From contig NW_003314443.1 in assembly GCF_000143415.4 (NCBI RefSeq), forward strand, positions 65,268 to 129,267: a stretch of 64,000 bases of DNA, in the 5' to 3' direction. Position numbers and translations under genes: made by a program. Shown in pieces: positions 48,665-61,800 of the stretch (the first letter of the stretch is position 1; each line of letters opens with the position of its first letter). The notes under the pieces were generated by a model that worked only from the letters and a program-made list of their open reading frames with translations, did not search any database and had not been told where the DNA came from. The stretch comes from Selaginella moellendorffii. Lineage: Eukaryota; Plantae; Lycopodiophyta.

Positions 48665-50486
48665 GTCGTGAAGAGAAGGATGCCAAAATCGCTACTAGAT
48701 ACGAATGGTTCCGGAGGAAGCCAACCAGAGTCTTTCCCTTGTCTAGCAGCCCAACCATCCATGGTAGTTTTGCGAAATCCTTGAGAATGTTGTTCAAACA
48801 ATGAGCTAAGCACGGAGCCCACATAATCTTTGGCTTCCTCGCCTCTAGAAGCCTAGCAGCAGCCTTGTTTGAAGCCTCACCATCCGTGACAATAAGAACA
48901 ACATTCTCCTCTCCAACAATCTCGATACCTCGCTCCCATGTCGCAAAAACGTTATCAGCCGTCTTCCCACTAGAAGATATATCAATGGCCTCAAGAAAAG
49001 TCGACTGTCCTCTACTATATGCAACAAGCCCCATGATATGTCGATTTCTTGTGTCATTCCATGCATCAGCAACAAGAGTAACCCCACAATTCTTCCAACG
49101 TGCCTTCACCTTGGCAAGTTGAACTTCAAGATTGGTTTTCTCCACTTGCAACAATTGCTCTCGCAATGCTGTCTCTGTTGGAAGATCGTAGGGAATTCCA
49201 TGCCTTGCAATCTGCTGCACCATCTCCTTGAAATGGTGAGAACGAGCTTTCACAAATGGTATGTGCTCGTTCCAGAAAAATCGTCCTATAGCCATATCCA
49301 TTGCTTCCTTCCTTTCTGGATCAAAAGAATCCCGGATTCCCTACTGTCATTGCAAAAAAAACTTGGAAATTCCTTCTACAGAATTGCCATCTGGTGTAGA
49401 ACTCTGGGAAGCAACAAAACTCTCTCCTCCAGTGCTTTGGATGCCTTCGACACATGTAGAAATTGCTCGTTTCTTGCTTTGGTGTTTTCCAGCCAAAACC
49501 TGGTCGTCGATGGTTTTAACCATCTCCCTAAGCTGTTGTCTCTTCTCTGCTGAGATGACATCACAACTTAAGATTTCATGACCAGCTTCCCTTGTGAGAT
49601 GTCCCCTCACACGATCCACACCTGAAACTTTGTCTCTCAACGAACACCACTTGCAAGACCAGCGTCGATGCCCACTACAGCAGTTTGTTTGATCACCAAG
49701 GATTGCTTCTTCCCACCAAACAGATGATGGATGTTGCCCTGTTGAAGTCCTCCTGCTCTGGCTCCCAGATGCCATCACTCAACTCAACCTCTAAAATCCT
49801 GCACCTGCTTCTACTCCAATCCACAATCACTCAGTCCAACCTCTAAAATCCCACACCCTGCTGCTGCTCCAATCCACAATTGCTCAGCCTCTAAAATCCC
49901 ACACCCTACTCCTGTTCCAATCCACAATTGGTCACGCCTTGCGCCTAAAAAATTTTTGAAAAACTCAAAATTTTAGAATCACGCCGTCAATAACACAATC
50001 GCAACGCCAAGCAACTAAGAATCACAGCAATCTACAAAGATGCAGTGCCAAGCAGCTAAGAATTATGGCAGAAGCAATCCAAGGAGAAAATTTGGGAGAG
50101 AAAATCTACAAACCTAGAGACAATGATCAGGAATTTTTTGCAGCGAAATCAGGCGTGGCTGAGTGCCATTCCTCCCACTCCAGCACTAGAATCCTAGAGA
50201 GGGCATTCCCAGCCCAAGAAAATCGCCATAGATCCTTGGAAAAACCTTTTGATTGATCGCAAGACAAGAAAACATCAAAGCACAAAACGCTCATGTGAAC
50301 CACGTGAGCTATTGTTTTAGAACACAGCGTGGTCACACGGTATTTGACCGTGTTTCAACCGTGTTTGGAGCCGTGTTTTGGAGCATTGACCGAGTCAATG
50401 AACACGGCCCGTGTTAACACAGCTGGGGGCCGTGTTCGTGTCACCACGCCAACACGCCGTGGTGCACGGCGTGTTTTGAAGCACTG
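48665..50486 (-). mobile_element. 5' part of a hAT transposon (BED finger plus DUF659-type transposase), disrupted
   Basis: Terminus CAGTGCTTCAAAAC at 50486; subterminal CACGG/CCGTG repeats at 50335-50476; WSCKWC..RVRGHL..C, GVTLVADAW, WAPCLAHCLN; in-frame stop. Confidence 0.88.
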
Positions 50487-53400
50487 CTTTGTATAACCCA
50501 TCGAATATCTCCTTCACGTACAGCTTCAGAATATTGCTGTGGAATGTGGTCAGACGAGCACCTTGAGCAAGAAATTTCATCCGTTCCAGATGGAACATTG
50601 ATCCACCATGCCTGCTGAGATCTCCTAACATAGACTGCATGTTCCCACAGGAGGCAAAGCATATTATTGTACGTTTTAATTGAAAAGCATTTAGCTCAAG
50701 CGTTACAATGAGCTATCCAATAAGAGCACAACTCCTTAAAATGGACATTCCAACAATGGCCTAATCTTCATTATTGAGCTTAGTCCTGGGTTCATTTTAA
50801 AAGATTGTAACCGAGCTTAGTCTTTGTACTGTGGGTTCCTTGTAAAAGATTGTAATTAGAAGCTCTATTAGCTAAAAGAGTGATGGAATCACAAGGAATC
50901 CAATCACGGTGGCGTTCTTCAGGCCACTTGAGCACACGACAATGACATCCTCAATGTTAACAATCCACCTTGCGTGTACTAGTGCTCCACGATCGGGCAA
51001 GTCTCTGCATAGGTTCATCATTTGGCGAGGAGCCCCACGTAGCTACATGTTATAACTTATGCTCTAGCATTCTTGAGGCCAGTTTCGTCCTACTAGATGG
51101 TACATCCTGACAAAGAACTTTTCTGATTTCGGAAGTGAATGTGATCTAGTCGGGAGCCATTCCTTCCAAGACCATCTCCTGGTAGAGGATCGAATTAAAG
51201 CGTGGAAGAAATTCCCAGTGAGAGCGTAGGCCTAGCAGTCCATGCCACAATGTTGTGGCACTCGGGTATTTGATCGAACATTGCCCGTGCCATGTGTGTG
51301 TCGTTTTGAGTGTAGAACTCATGCTTTTCCACGGTATGTATGGTTCTTCTCGTGCTCATTTTGCCTTATACTATTGTCCAGATTGCTTCATTCCTCATAG
51401 ATGTATTTTCCAAGATAAATGGAGGCCTGTAGTTCATCAACATCCAAGGCGTGGAGTGACCACAATGCAACTTGTGATGAGACGAGTTTGTGACCTTTGT
51501 ATTATGCCTTCTGCTCTTTGGAAACTTTTGAGACAGCTTGTTCTCAGCTGATTGAGTTTAAGCTCGGTCAAGGCTTTCACAAGATTGGACAATAGTGTGA
51601 AAGACAAATGCCAAAACCATGTGTTTGAGGACAAGCTTAACTAGCTAGTTGCACCAAGATCACCACCAATTCCATGAGGTGTGACTTGTTTATGTTGAAT
51701 CTAGGATTTTCCTCAAGAGCTTCCCTGGTTTATTGGATGTCTGGTGCAACCCTGGAGTTTTTTTTGCAGGTGAGTAAGCTTGAGCAATATATTATTGCCA
51801 AGAAAAGGCGTCAAAAGTTGGAGCAGGATTTGAAAGGATCGAAACCTATGGACCTCCAAGCTTTGACAACCAAGTGAAGAATAGATGGGACCAGGGTGCC
51901 TGGATCAAATCAAACTCGAGCTCAGACAAGCCATCTTCCACGACAATACCTTAAACGGCTGTTGCTGGTTCTTGTTGCAGCATACTTACGCTTTGTTTCT
52001 CAAAAGTAGCCTTTGCAAGAAACAGTCTGTTGTAACACACAAAGCTTAGACATTTTTCACCCCAAAAGGAAAGAAATATACCTTGAGGTATAGCCTGAAG
52101 CCTTGTCCCACAAGGAAGTTAATCACCCATGTCGGAACAAGGTCGAGCTTAAGGTCCAGGTGTATTACTGCTCTGTAAAAGTAGTGACTATCTTAAGAAG
52201 AAAACAAAAAAAAAAAAAAAACTAATAGCGTACCTTATGTAGCGCTAATCTTCTGGAGGATGAATCCACCGTTGGCTTCCATGCGAATGACGCCCTCTTT
52301 TGGAGGAGGCAAATGAGAAGCATTAAAACCATGGATGGTCTCCTTGACGATAGTCTCTGCTTCCTGGGGGACCTGGCAAATCACCACCATTGGAGTGAAT
52401 AAAATAACAAAAGAGGCACAGTGATTGATAGCTTAACTGTTCGCAAGCAGCCAACCACGGCATCCAATTCAGGTAGCTCCAGTTTGAAAGACGTGACCAG
52501 CATTTCTCTTGTCGCAAACGGCCATGGAACCTTGCACCTGGAAAGAGCTTGTAGAATTTAAACGCGGGACGGAGGAGCTGCTGCACTACCACCAGCGTTG
52601 TGGCTTTTGGATTGATCAGCAGGGCACAAGGGATATATGTTGCAGTGAAAGCATTGCTTTCCCACAGTTCATCTTTCGCCCTTTTTGCTCTAAATACTCT
52701 CGTTGTGGACAGCCACCTTTTGGCCCCGAGTACTTTCCATGCATTGCCCCTCTTCTTCACACAGGGTGTGACTTGAAATTTCATGGATTTTTTCAAATGT
52801 TTGGTCTTGTTGCTGCTAAGAACAAGCATCAAACTTGGATAGAACACGACAAGAAAGCCCCTTGATGAAATCTCAAGCTCCCCAGGATTTGAAAGAACAG
52901 AGAAGTACCTCCAGCCTTGGACTCTTAACTTTGCTGCTAATCAAGAGCGTGCCTGGATCAATTTAATCTTCAATGCTCAAACAAGCCATCTTCGGACATT
53001 CAGTCGTTGGATGCAGCAAACCTTGTTTCTCAAAAGAAGAAAAGGTAGGTTATCCCAGGGATTCAGTGGTGAAATCTTCATTCCATAATGGTTTCTTTCT
53101 TGAGCTTGACAACCGCAGAAAGGATGACAGCCTTATAAAACGTTCCCACGGGTTTAGAAAGGATGCTTAGAAATGAGCGAGAGCTTGCGCCGTTATGGTG
53201 AAGGTATGATATACGTTAAGAAGCAATTAGTGTCCGATTTGGACGGGAACCTGATGGCCGGATATCTGGCTAGAATAAACAAATATATTGGCAAGGTCAC
53301 AGGTTCGAATCCACAGCCCGAGACCCAATCAAAAAATTTTGCAACGCTTCTCCCTCCTTTGCATCTTGCAAGCTACTGTGATCGCAGCGAGCTCTTCTGC

Positions 53401-56400
53401 CTGCAGTCATCTCGGGATGAGAACTACTTGTCGTCCATAGCCCAAGACTACAGCATGTCCACGATCATGGAACACTTAAGATGCTTGGTGGATCTGCTGG
53501 GGAGATCTGGGAAGCTAGACGAGGCCAGTGTCGAGCCAAATTTCAGCGCTGGAGAATGAAAGAGTGGGGAAAAGTCCGATGCTAGTGCAGCTCCAACCAT
53601 TCTTCTCAATCCCTGTCGATTACACTCGAAGGAATGTCCCCGAATGAGGCTCGAATGTGCTCTTGGCACAAGTGATCCAGGCCACAGAGTCGACTAGCGC
53701 GTGGATCTCCCCCGGATCAGCATTGATAGCTGCCAAGAGAAATAACTGGATGCTCGAAAAAGAGTCTCACGCCCCAAGGATTTGAAAGGATCCAAACCTA
53801 TGGACCTCCAGCTTGGACAACCAAGTGAAGAATACATTCCCGGGACCATGGTGCCTGGATCAAATCAAACTCGAGCTCAGACAAGCCATCTTCCAGAACA
53901 ATATCTTAAACGGATGTTGCTTGTTGCAGCATACTTATACTTTGTTTCTCAAAAATAGCTTCTGCATCAGCTGCTTGCTCAGATTGAGATGCAGACGTTT
54001 TGTTTGCCATGGCCTCGCCAGAGCATGGAGAAAGTGAGAGTTTCATTCCATCGGGAAGAGAATGGTTTCTTTCTTGAGCTTGACAGCAGCAACGCGCTGC
54101 GCGCCATGCGCCCACAAAACGAAAATCTCTTGCGCCGCTGTTTACATTATGGTATACGTTAAGAAGCAATTAGTGTACACTTTGGACGGGAACCTGATGG
54201 CCGGATATCTGGCTAGAATAAAAATATATATTGGCAAGGTCACAGGTTCGAACCCACAGCCAGAGACCCAATCAAATTTTTTTGTATGAACGAGGGATTT
54301 CTCTTCTCCGCAAAGTCGCTCTCGGCAGCGTTGCTGGAGCTAAATCTTCTCTCGTGCCGATCCCCCCGAATGATCCACGCCGCCACGCCGGGTTCAGGCT
54401 CTTGGATCGCGCGATATTCCCTTTCGCTGGCAAATGCGAGCAGCAAGAACAGGGCATTCGATCGATGCGGCGTCAATCTTGTTCGATTAGGAGTTCCGTG
54501 ATCGTCTCCTGGAACGCGATGGTGACCGCGTATGTGGCGGCATCCCGCATCCGAGAGTGAGAGTCTATGTTTGATTGCGTCTCAGAGCGCCATGGAACTC
54601 GATGATAATGGCGCTCGCGCAGCAGGGGCAAATTGTGGCAGCGAAATCGAGCTTGGGCAAAAACGCCGGCCAAGGATCTGGTGTCCTGGACGAATCTACT
54701 GCCCAGAATGACAGGACGTTCCTCCAGCAGTGAATAGCAGAGGGGGGATTTGGCCACCTCCAAAGAAATCTTTGATTTCATGCCGGATGAAGACGGTATT
54801 GATTCGGCCAGTAGCTGCTCTCCAGGATCTCGCAGCCCCTGGATGTCGTCCACGTGGACAATCAGGTGGATTCCAAATCTTGTTTTTCAAATAAGAGGTG
54901 CTGAAATAATATTTTGTTATCTCCCAGTGTTCACGGCTTTGTGGTTATAGCATGCACGCTGTAATGTTCTATTGTGAAGGGTTGCTGGGTTCGATTCCCA
55001 TCCGCCTGGACTTTCAATTAAGAATACTACGGTGTTAGGGTCGCCCCCTAACATGAACACTATTTTATTATTTTATTATTTTATTATTAAATAAATTAAC
55101 TGTGTTGAGTTTCTGGACCACTTTATTATTTTCCTTTTTTCTAACACTATTTTATTATTTTATTATTAAATTAACTGTGTTGAGTTTCTGGACCACTTTA
55201 TTATTTTCTTTTTTTTTTAACACTATACAATTTACTAGTGAGAGTGGCTCTCCTCAAAATCTCACCTAAGATTAACTGTGTTGTTAAGTTGGTACTAGAT
55301 CATAGTAAAGAAGCAAAACCAAACTTGTAATCAATGGAATCTATTATTACAGACTTAGACAAACAGATCATTAAAAAGTATTAACTTAGGTGCATCTCCA
55401 CTGTACTCATGCAATCAAATTTTGTGGAAGGGAAGATATATATTTGATTTGCTCCAGTAGCACACAAACAGCACAAACATGCCATTGAGCTTACCAATTC
55501 GATCATATATACCAAATTCTCATCAGTTGTCACTTCAGCATAATCTATCAATCACACACAATGTTGTGCCATTGAATTCTCGATGACCCTGCCAGCATAT
55601 GCAAGCCTTCCTCACCATTTGAACAAGAAAGACGCTAGACAACAAGCTAGAAATAGTGAATGAGAATGAACTTTTAAACGCAGTTTATATTAGTGGTAAC
55701 TACAAACAAATAAAAGGTTAAGAGCGATACATCACAGCCGTTGGATTAAAGGATATCTTAGAATATACCATCCAAACCGTTAGATTTTAGTGCGGCTACG
55801 GTTTCGCGAGGTGAGAGAGACTCGGGTATTCGTCTTCCTCTGTGCAGCGGAAAGCTGCCATCTCTCGATGTTTGGGTGGCTTGAATCCCTCGGAGCTCTC
55901 CATCCGGTTGCACCCAGACAAAGGCGACGTTTTCCATCCCCTCTCTCTCAACTACACAACGGGCCTGTCGTGCCGGACTTGGGACGAGCTGGTCCAGGAG
56001 CTCAGCTGCATCTATTCTGACGCAATTGCTTCGCTCCCTGACACATCCCTTCCGGACGCCAAGACGCGGCAAAATGCGGCGATCATCCAAGGCATCCAGC
56101 CGCCCAAGGACGAAAGGGAGCCGGCTTGGATGTCGAAAACCGAAAACCGAAAGATTCCAAGGATTCAAATGAAGAAACCTCGATACCCAAAGAGCCTCAC
56201 CATGGATTTTAGACGATTCCTGGTGCCGGATAGCCACACACAAAAAAAATTCGAAAAATGGATGGATTTAACAGCAAATGAAATCAATCAAGATGTGGAC
56301 GTTAGATCTTGCTTCACCTGATATATAGAAGCGACTGTGTTCAGGAAGTGAAATCTCCCATTACCAAGACAAAATATGTAGATCCTATTTTAAAAGCTTC

Positions 56401-57026
56401 CAAGTGATTACTGTATTGATGCTATTCGTGATGGATAAAGTAGTATCCTAAGAATTACAACGACTTCCATCATTACGACCATCCAAGGCGTCGTTGCCCT
56501 CACGAAGAACAGCTTCGGTCAAATCCCGGAGAAGAATCCAGTACCGTGGATCCTCGCATTTGCGAGAATGGGCATTTTGACAAGGCCGTTCACGAGATCC
56601 TGCACAAGACCATTGTCTGCTGGATACCTCTCACGCAAGTTTCAACTTGAGCGCCGCCAGGAGCATGTTTGAGAGCATGAAGATGCGCACCTTGGTTTCC
56701 TGGACCACCAACGCTCAAAACGCTTGAAGGACAAAATCAGGAGTCAGAACCATACTCAGGTGCTTCAATCCCTTTCGAAAGCTTCCACAGTCAGACCGTT
56801 TGCTTCTACATCCCAAAGAAACCAGGGGATACCTCCAAACCATTCAAACGTCATTTCAGCAGCATGCGTTATCTCTTTGGCTTCTTCCGATCCACTCTCG
56901 TAGTCTGTCACGCGTTTCCTCCAAGAAGACACAAGAGCATCGTACTCGTGCTTTTCCCACGCAGGCAGATAGCGAGTGAACGTTGTACGCTTGGCTTTTC
57001 TGACATTGAACTCGTCTGGTGATGAA
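50487..57026 (-). repeat. Right arm of large inverted repeat
   Basis: Reverse complement of 39100-45996, lacking ~44033-44449 and carrying an extra ~80 bp at 53125-53205. Confidence 0.95.
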
Positions 57027-57343
57027 ATAATATTTTGTTATCTCCCAGTGTTCATGGCTTTATGGTTATAGCATGCACGCTGTAATGTTCTATTGTGAAG
57101 GGTTGCTGGGTTCAATTCCCATCCGCCTCGACTTTCAATTAAGAATACTACGTTCGATTCCCATCCGCCTCGACTTTCAATTAAGAATACTATGGTGTTA
57201 GGGTCGCCCCCTAACATGAACACTCTTTTATTATTTTATTATTTTATTATTAAATAAATTAACTGTGTTGAGTTTTTGGACCACTTTATTATTTTCCTTT
57301 TTTCTAACACTGTGAGGGCCAAGTGTACCCTTTTTTCTAACAC

Positions 57344-58888
57344 TGTGAGGGCCAAGTGTACGGCTATGATACCGTATACTAATATTAGCATAGTGGGATT
57401 TTGGTAGTCGTCGGATTGGTTTCAATCCGGACCACTCGCTCCTGTATATAAACTAAAGTTTTTGGGCTAATTGATATGCACATTTCTGTATTCCCTTTCC
57501 ATATTCCAAGCACTCACATTGGTGGAGTTGAGGGGCATCTTTGATTGTCCCTGGGGAGTGCTTGGATTTGGGATTTCAGTTTAGATCTAGCTTTTGCATC
57601 GTCTAGATCTACCTTTTTCCATTTCCTTTCTTTTGTTCTTTCTTTTCAGGATTTTGGTTTAAATCTAGCTTTTTGTATTGTCTAGATCTACCATTTCTTT
57701 CCAGCTTTTTTGTCATTTCTCTTCTTTTGCTCTTTCTTTTTCATTCATCTTCATGGCCGATGTAGCGCATGTGGTTTTGACCCTTTATCCTATGGTGATT
57801 TACCATAGGATAACACCACGGAGTGGAACCTAAACCCTCTTTGTGCCACGTGACAGATGCCACATGTCCATGCCACGTGTCCATAGGAACCCGAGGTTCA
57901 GGGCCTTGGGCCACTGAATGAAGGAACGGTGCCAAACTCCTAAGCGTGGAGCCAAGGAGTGTAGAACCGAACCACGGAGCAACTCCCGAGCGTAAAGCCT
58001 AAGGAGGGAAGGGACAGGAGCCCGGAGCGACTTGGAACAGTCCTAGAGTAAGCATCTCAATGCCAGGACCAGCACGCAAAACGGAGCCAAACGGAGTCTG
58101 GCGCTATTTTGGCATACCGGTGGCCTAACGTGAGGACATGGGTACTCCACCAGCTAGCATGGAATGGAACTTGGGTTTAGACCCAAGCCGGACGCAGAAC
58201 AAGGACAGGCATGCAAGCGGGAGCTAGACTATGCCTCAGGTTGGTCGGCCATGCCCGACCTACCCACTATCCCTACTATACATTTGGAACCCTCTATAGG
58301 CCCCCCCCCTTGAGGAACACACGCTTTGGGCTTTCACCCCAAGCCTCCCTTAGTATCAGGAGTTAGTCTCTAGGACAAGCTCGAAACTTATTAAATATGG
58401 AATGTCCCTAGATTGCGAATTTGGACACAGGACGAACACCATTGTGTTCAGGATGATCTCTACATTCCGTAGATATGCCAAATGAGTAAATCTGGACACT
58501 TTCTATAAATAGCATTTGGGACTGAAATGAGACTAACACAAAGGGCATGATAGCGAGGGTGTTTGGCAAACACGGTAAGTTATCATCTAACGATATTGAG
58601 GGACTAATCTCAATACGCGAGGGTTCTTGTCACTAGCAAGTGCAAGACAAAACGAGACGGGAACTCCTTACCGGGCTAAGTATGCTTAGCTAATAACACG
58701 TAGGAATTCCGTCCTTATGCTCATCCGGTCTAAGTACACTCAAAATGCCCAATTAACTCCACTAGCACAAGAGGGACTGATAAAGGGTCCAGCAATACTG
58801 ACCTCCTGTCATCGTGGCAGTAAGGTAAGAGTGTCTGTAAGGACTAGTCGACATGTAACTTTTGATACCCGAAGTCACATTCGCGACA
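57344..58888 (-). mobile_element. 3' LTR of element X (~1.55 kb)
   Basis: TGTGA...CGACA termini; PPT (minus strand AGGGGGGGAGAG) at 58889-58900. Confidence 0.8.
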
Positions 58889-61800
58889 CTCTCCCCCCCT
58901 AGGGAAGATCGACGTCCTCGTCGATGCACACTCGAGTCTAGAATACCACCAAGGAAACAACTCCAGAAAAAGTTCACGGTACTCACACTATGTGAGAAAT
59001 GCACCAACTTAAATGAGTTAGGAGGCAACCTCTTTGTCTAACGCGGATGTGCTACCAGCTCAGACACCTTCCAGCCATCACCGACAAGGAAATGACCAAT
59101 GGAGTTAGCCACCCTTGTTACTCTGGTTGTCATCCAGCTTACAAAAGTGTGATATGCCCTGCCCGCAGAGACATAGAGAGAGGAGCTAGGAGCCCCAACC
59201 CTCCTGAGCAAAGAAACTAAACCCGTTGGTAAGGTTTAGATAGATTACTGTAAACAGGCAGTTAGAGTTGTTTACACGGTCACGCCCTTTTTTAATGGAA
59301 TAAGGAACATCGACAGAGAGGTGGGTTATGTGACCAGTCGACAGTAGCTACCCCATGACTAGAGATTTCCCCATGCACACGAAGTGCTGAAGCCAATCTG
59401 CCTATTACTGACCCAAACTCAAAGATCAATAGATGGACAATATCAAAGTCATAGACAATGATATCTTAGAGACTTAATCATCAATGAATAAAACTTAGAT
59501 TAGAACACAAAAGTATTCTAAGTAAGTTATCATCCGATAAACTAGTAGTATAGGATAAGAACCACCAAGATCATCAAAATTGGTAAACACAGGATTCACC
59601 ATCAAACAAAATTCAATAGCAAGTATATCATCAAGTAAACTCAATGATGAAACTTAACTATCGAAGATAGCAGACAGTAAGCCAACAACTTACTAGAGAT
59701 AACTCAAAGAACACAAAGTATCATTGACTGACGAGCACAATGCTCGCGAATGTATCACTCGAAGGAAATAACATCCCAACCTATCAGAACTAACTTGAGC
59801 AATAATCAACAGAATAGAATGAATGTGGTAAGACCAACAAACACCCATTCATGCCAACTATCACACTAGCCAATCCGAATAGACCCAGCCATCAACACCA
59901 AGGAACTCAAGTTGCCTAAGCAAGTGTTAGCAACATCCTTTTGATGTCTCAAACTTAACAGACCAATCCAAGGCAAACCACAAGGAATATGTAGTATTGC
60001 GAAAAGCCATAAGCCATCAAAGAGAACAATTAACTATCATGAAAGAACATCAATCATCCCATTAATAAAGAGATGCATAATCATCATCGAAGAAAGATTC
60101 TACTATCCCGAAGAACAGAAAATCATTCTTGATCAACAATAATCAAGCAAACCTTTTGATAAGGATAATCAACTATCTTAGATGATAATCAATCATCACT
60201 AATGATTGCTAAATGCAAAAGCCAACTTCAACATTGAAGCTAATGAGCTATAATGCCTTCCCCAACAACTTCTAACAAATGGAACAATGAGCATAAACTC
60301 AAAGAACCAAAAGCTTAAAGAAGTCTATAGCCAAGTCTTGCCTAACAATGATCACGAGTCTTGCATGAACTAATTTCAATGCTAAAGAAGAAATCATGGT
60401 ATAACCCATAATATTCTCCTCAACACATCCATAAGCTAAACTTCATAATGCCAAAGCTAATGAAGAGCATGTCTGCATCACAAAAGCTAAGTATAATGAA
60501 GCTATGCTCGACAAGTGATCACCAAACGATCCTTCATAAATCCATCTATAGCAAGACGTAACTCACGTCATAACAAGCACAAAAAGAATCATCAATGATT
60601 GATATATCCCAATGCAAACCCAACAAGGGACCAACATCTTCAATATCAATCACTAACTCTTCATCTTGTAAAGCTAGCATAGTCCATGACTGAATCACTT
60701 TTCAAGGAAAAGCCGAAGCTCAACCCCTACTAAATAATCTCGTCTAGAACACCACTAACTCAACTTGCCACTCAATGCATTTGAACGTCAATATAGTTGC
60801 TAATTAGCAAATGCACGAATGCCAATAACACAAAGCTATAGCCAAATCATCAACACTATCTTCGTCAAGACTAATGAAACTCAATGTCAAACCTAAGGAG
60901 AAACATTTCATCTCACTTGAATCTCAACATCAACAATGTCAACGACAAGGCATCACTTCAATGCCATCAACACTAAAACAAAGCTAGAAGAAAGCACGAG
61001 TGTATCACCACTCAAAGCTCTCTAGCAACCAAGCTAACCAAGGTCAAAGATACTTTAGTTAGTATCCGAGACCAATCCTTTAGCAAAACTCAGTTACAGA
61101 TAACACTTCCTTAAGGAGTGAATCACCATATCCAAAACTCTATGAAATCCAACACCATGAACTAAACACAACTAAATGATATCAACGGAGGTAGAATCAA
61201 TATGCCAACATGGAAAACCCATGTAAGTCTAACGACACAATCCTCCACAACACCATCTGGTAAAGCAAGCCCACCACTGCTAAATCTTCATCGAGTGAAG
61301 CAAGTATCAGAGGTCTTTGACAAAGTCTACAAGCAATCACTAGTCGCAAAGCAACCAACAATCACTATTCAACTTGCCTTCACAAGACCCAAACACTAAA
61401 CTCACTCTACTAAGTTATATGCTTGGCCAACATGAATGTAATATCCCAGGTACAAGATAAAGGTTCATGGACAAGCACAAACTAATTGACCACTCGAATC
61501 CAACTCAACTGCGCTAAGCTCACCAACACATCTAGTCAATAGCTCTGAGCATGCCTTGAAGAGGCTAGCTACACATGATCAACACTAAGTCGAAACTCAA
61601 GTGAAGACCATAAGATGGACTCATGTCGGTACACAACCTTCACTTAGACAAAGCTATAGTACGGGTACCAACATCTCACCGCAAACAATTAAGTTGAACA
61701 TCACCATCCTTAGCCAAGGCGCAGGGTCACCAAGACCAAGTCAAGATCAGTGAGAGCTCACTACTCTCATAGAGTCTAATGAAATGCAAAGTGCAACCTG

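Noticed and set aside
54926-55010. Functional tRNA-Tyr gene (CTGTAA loop plus B-box)
   Set aside because: No convincing acceptor or D stem; kept only as a SINE-like relic
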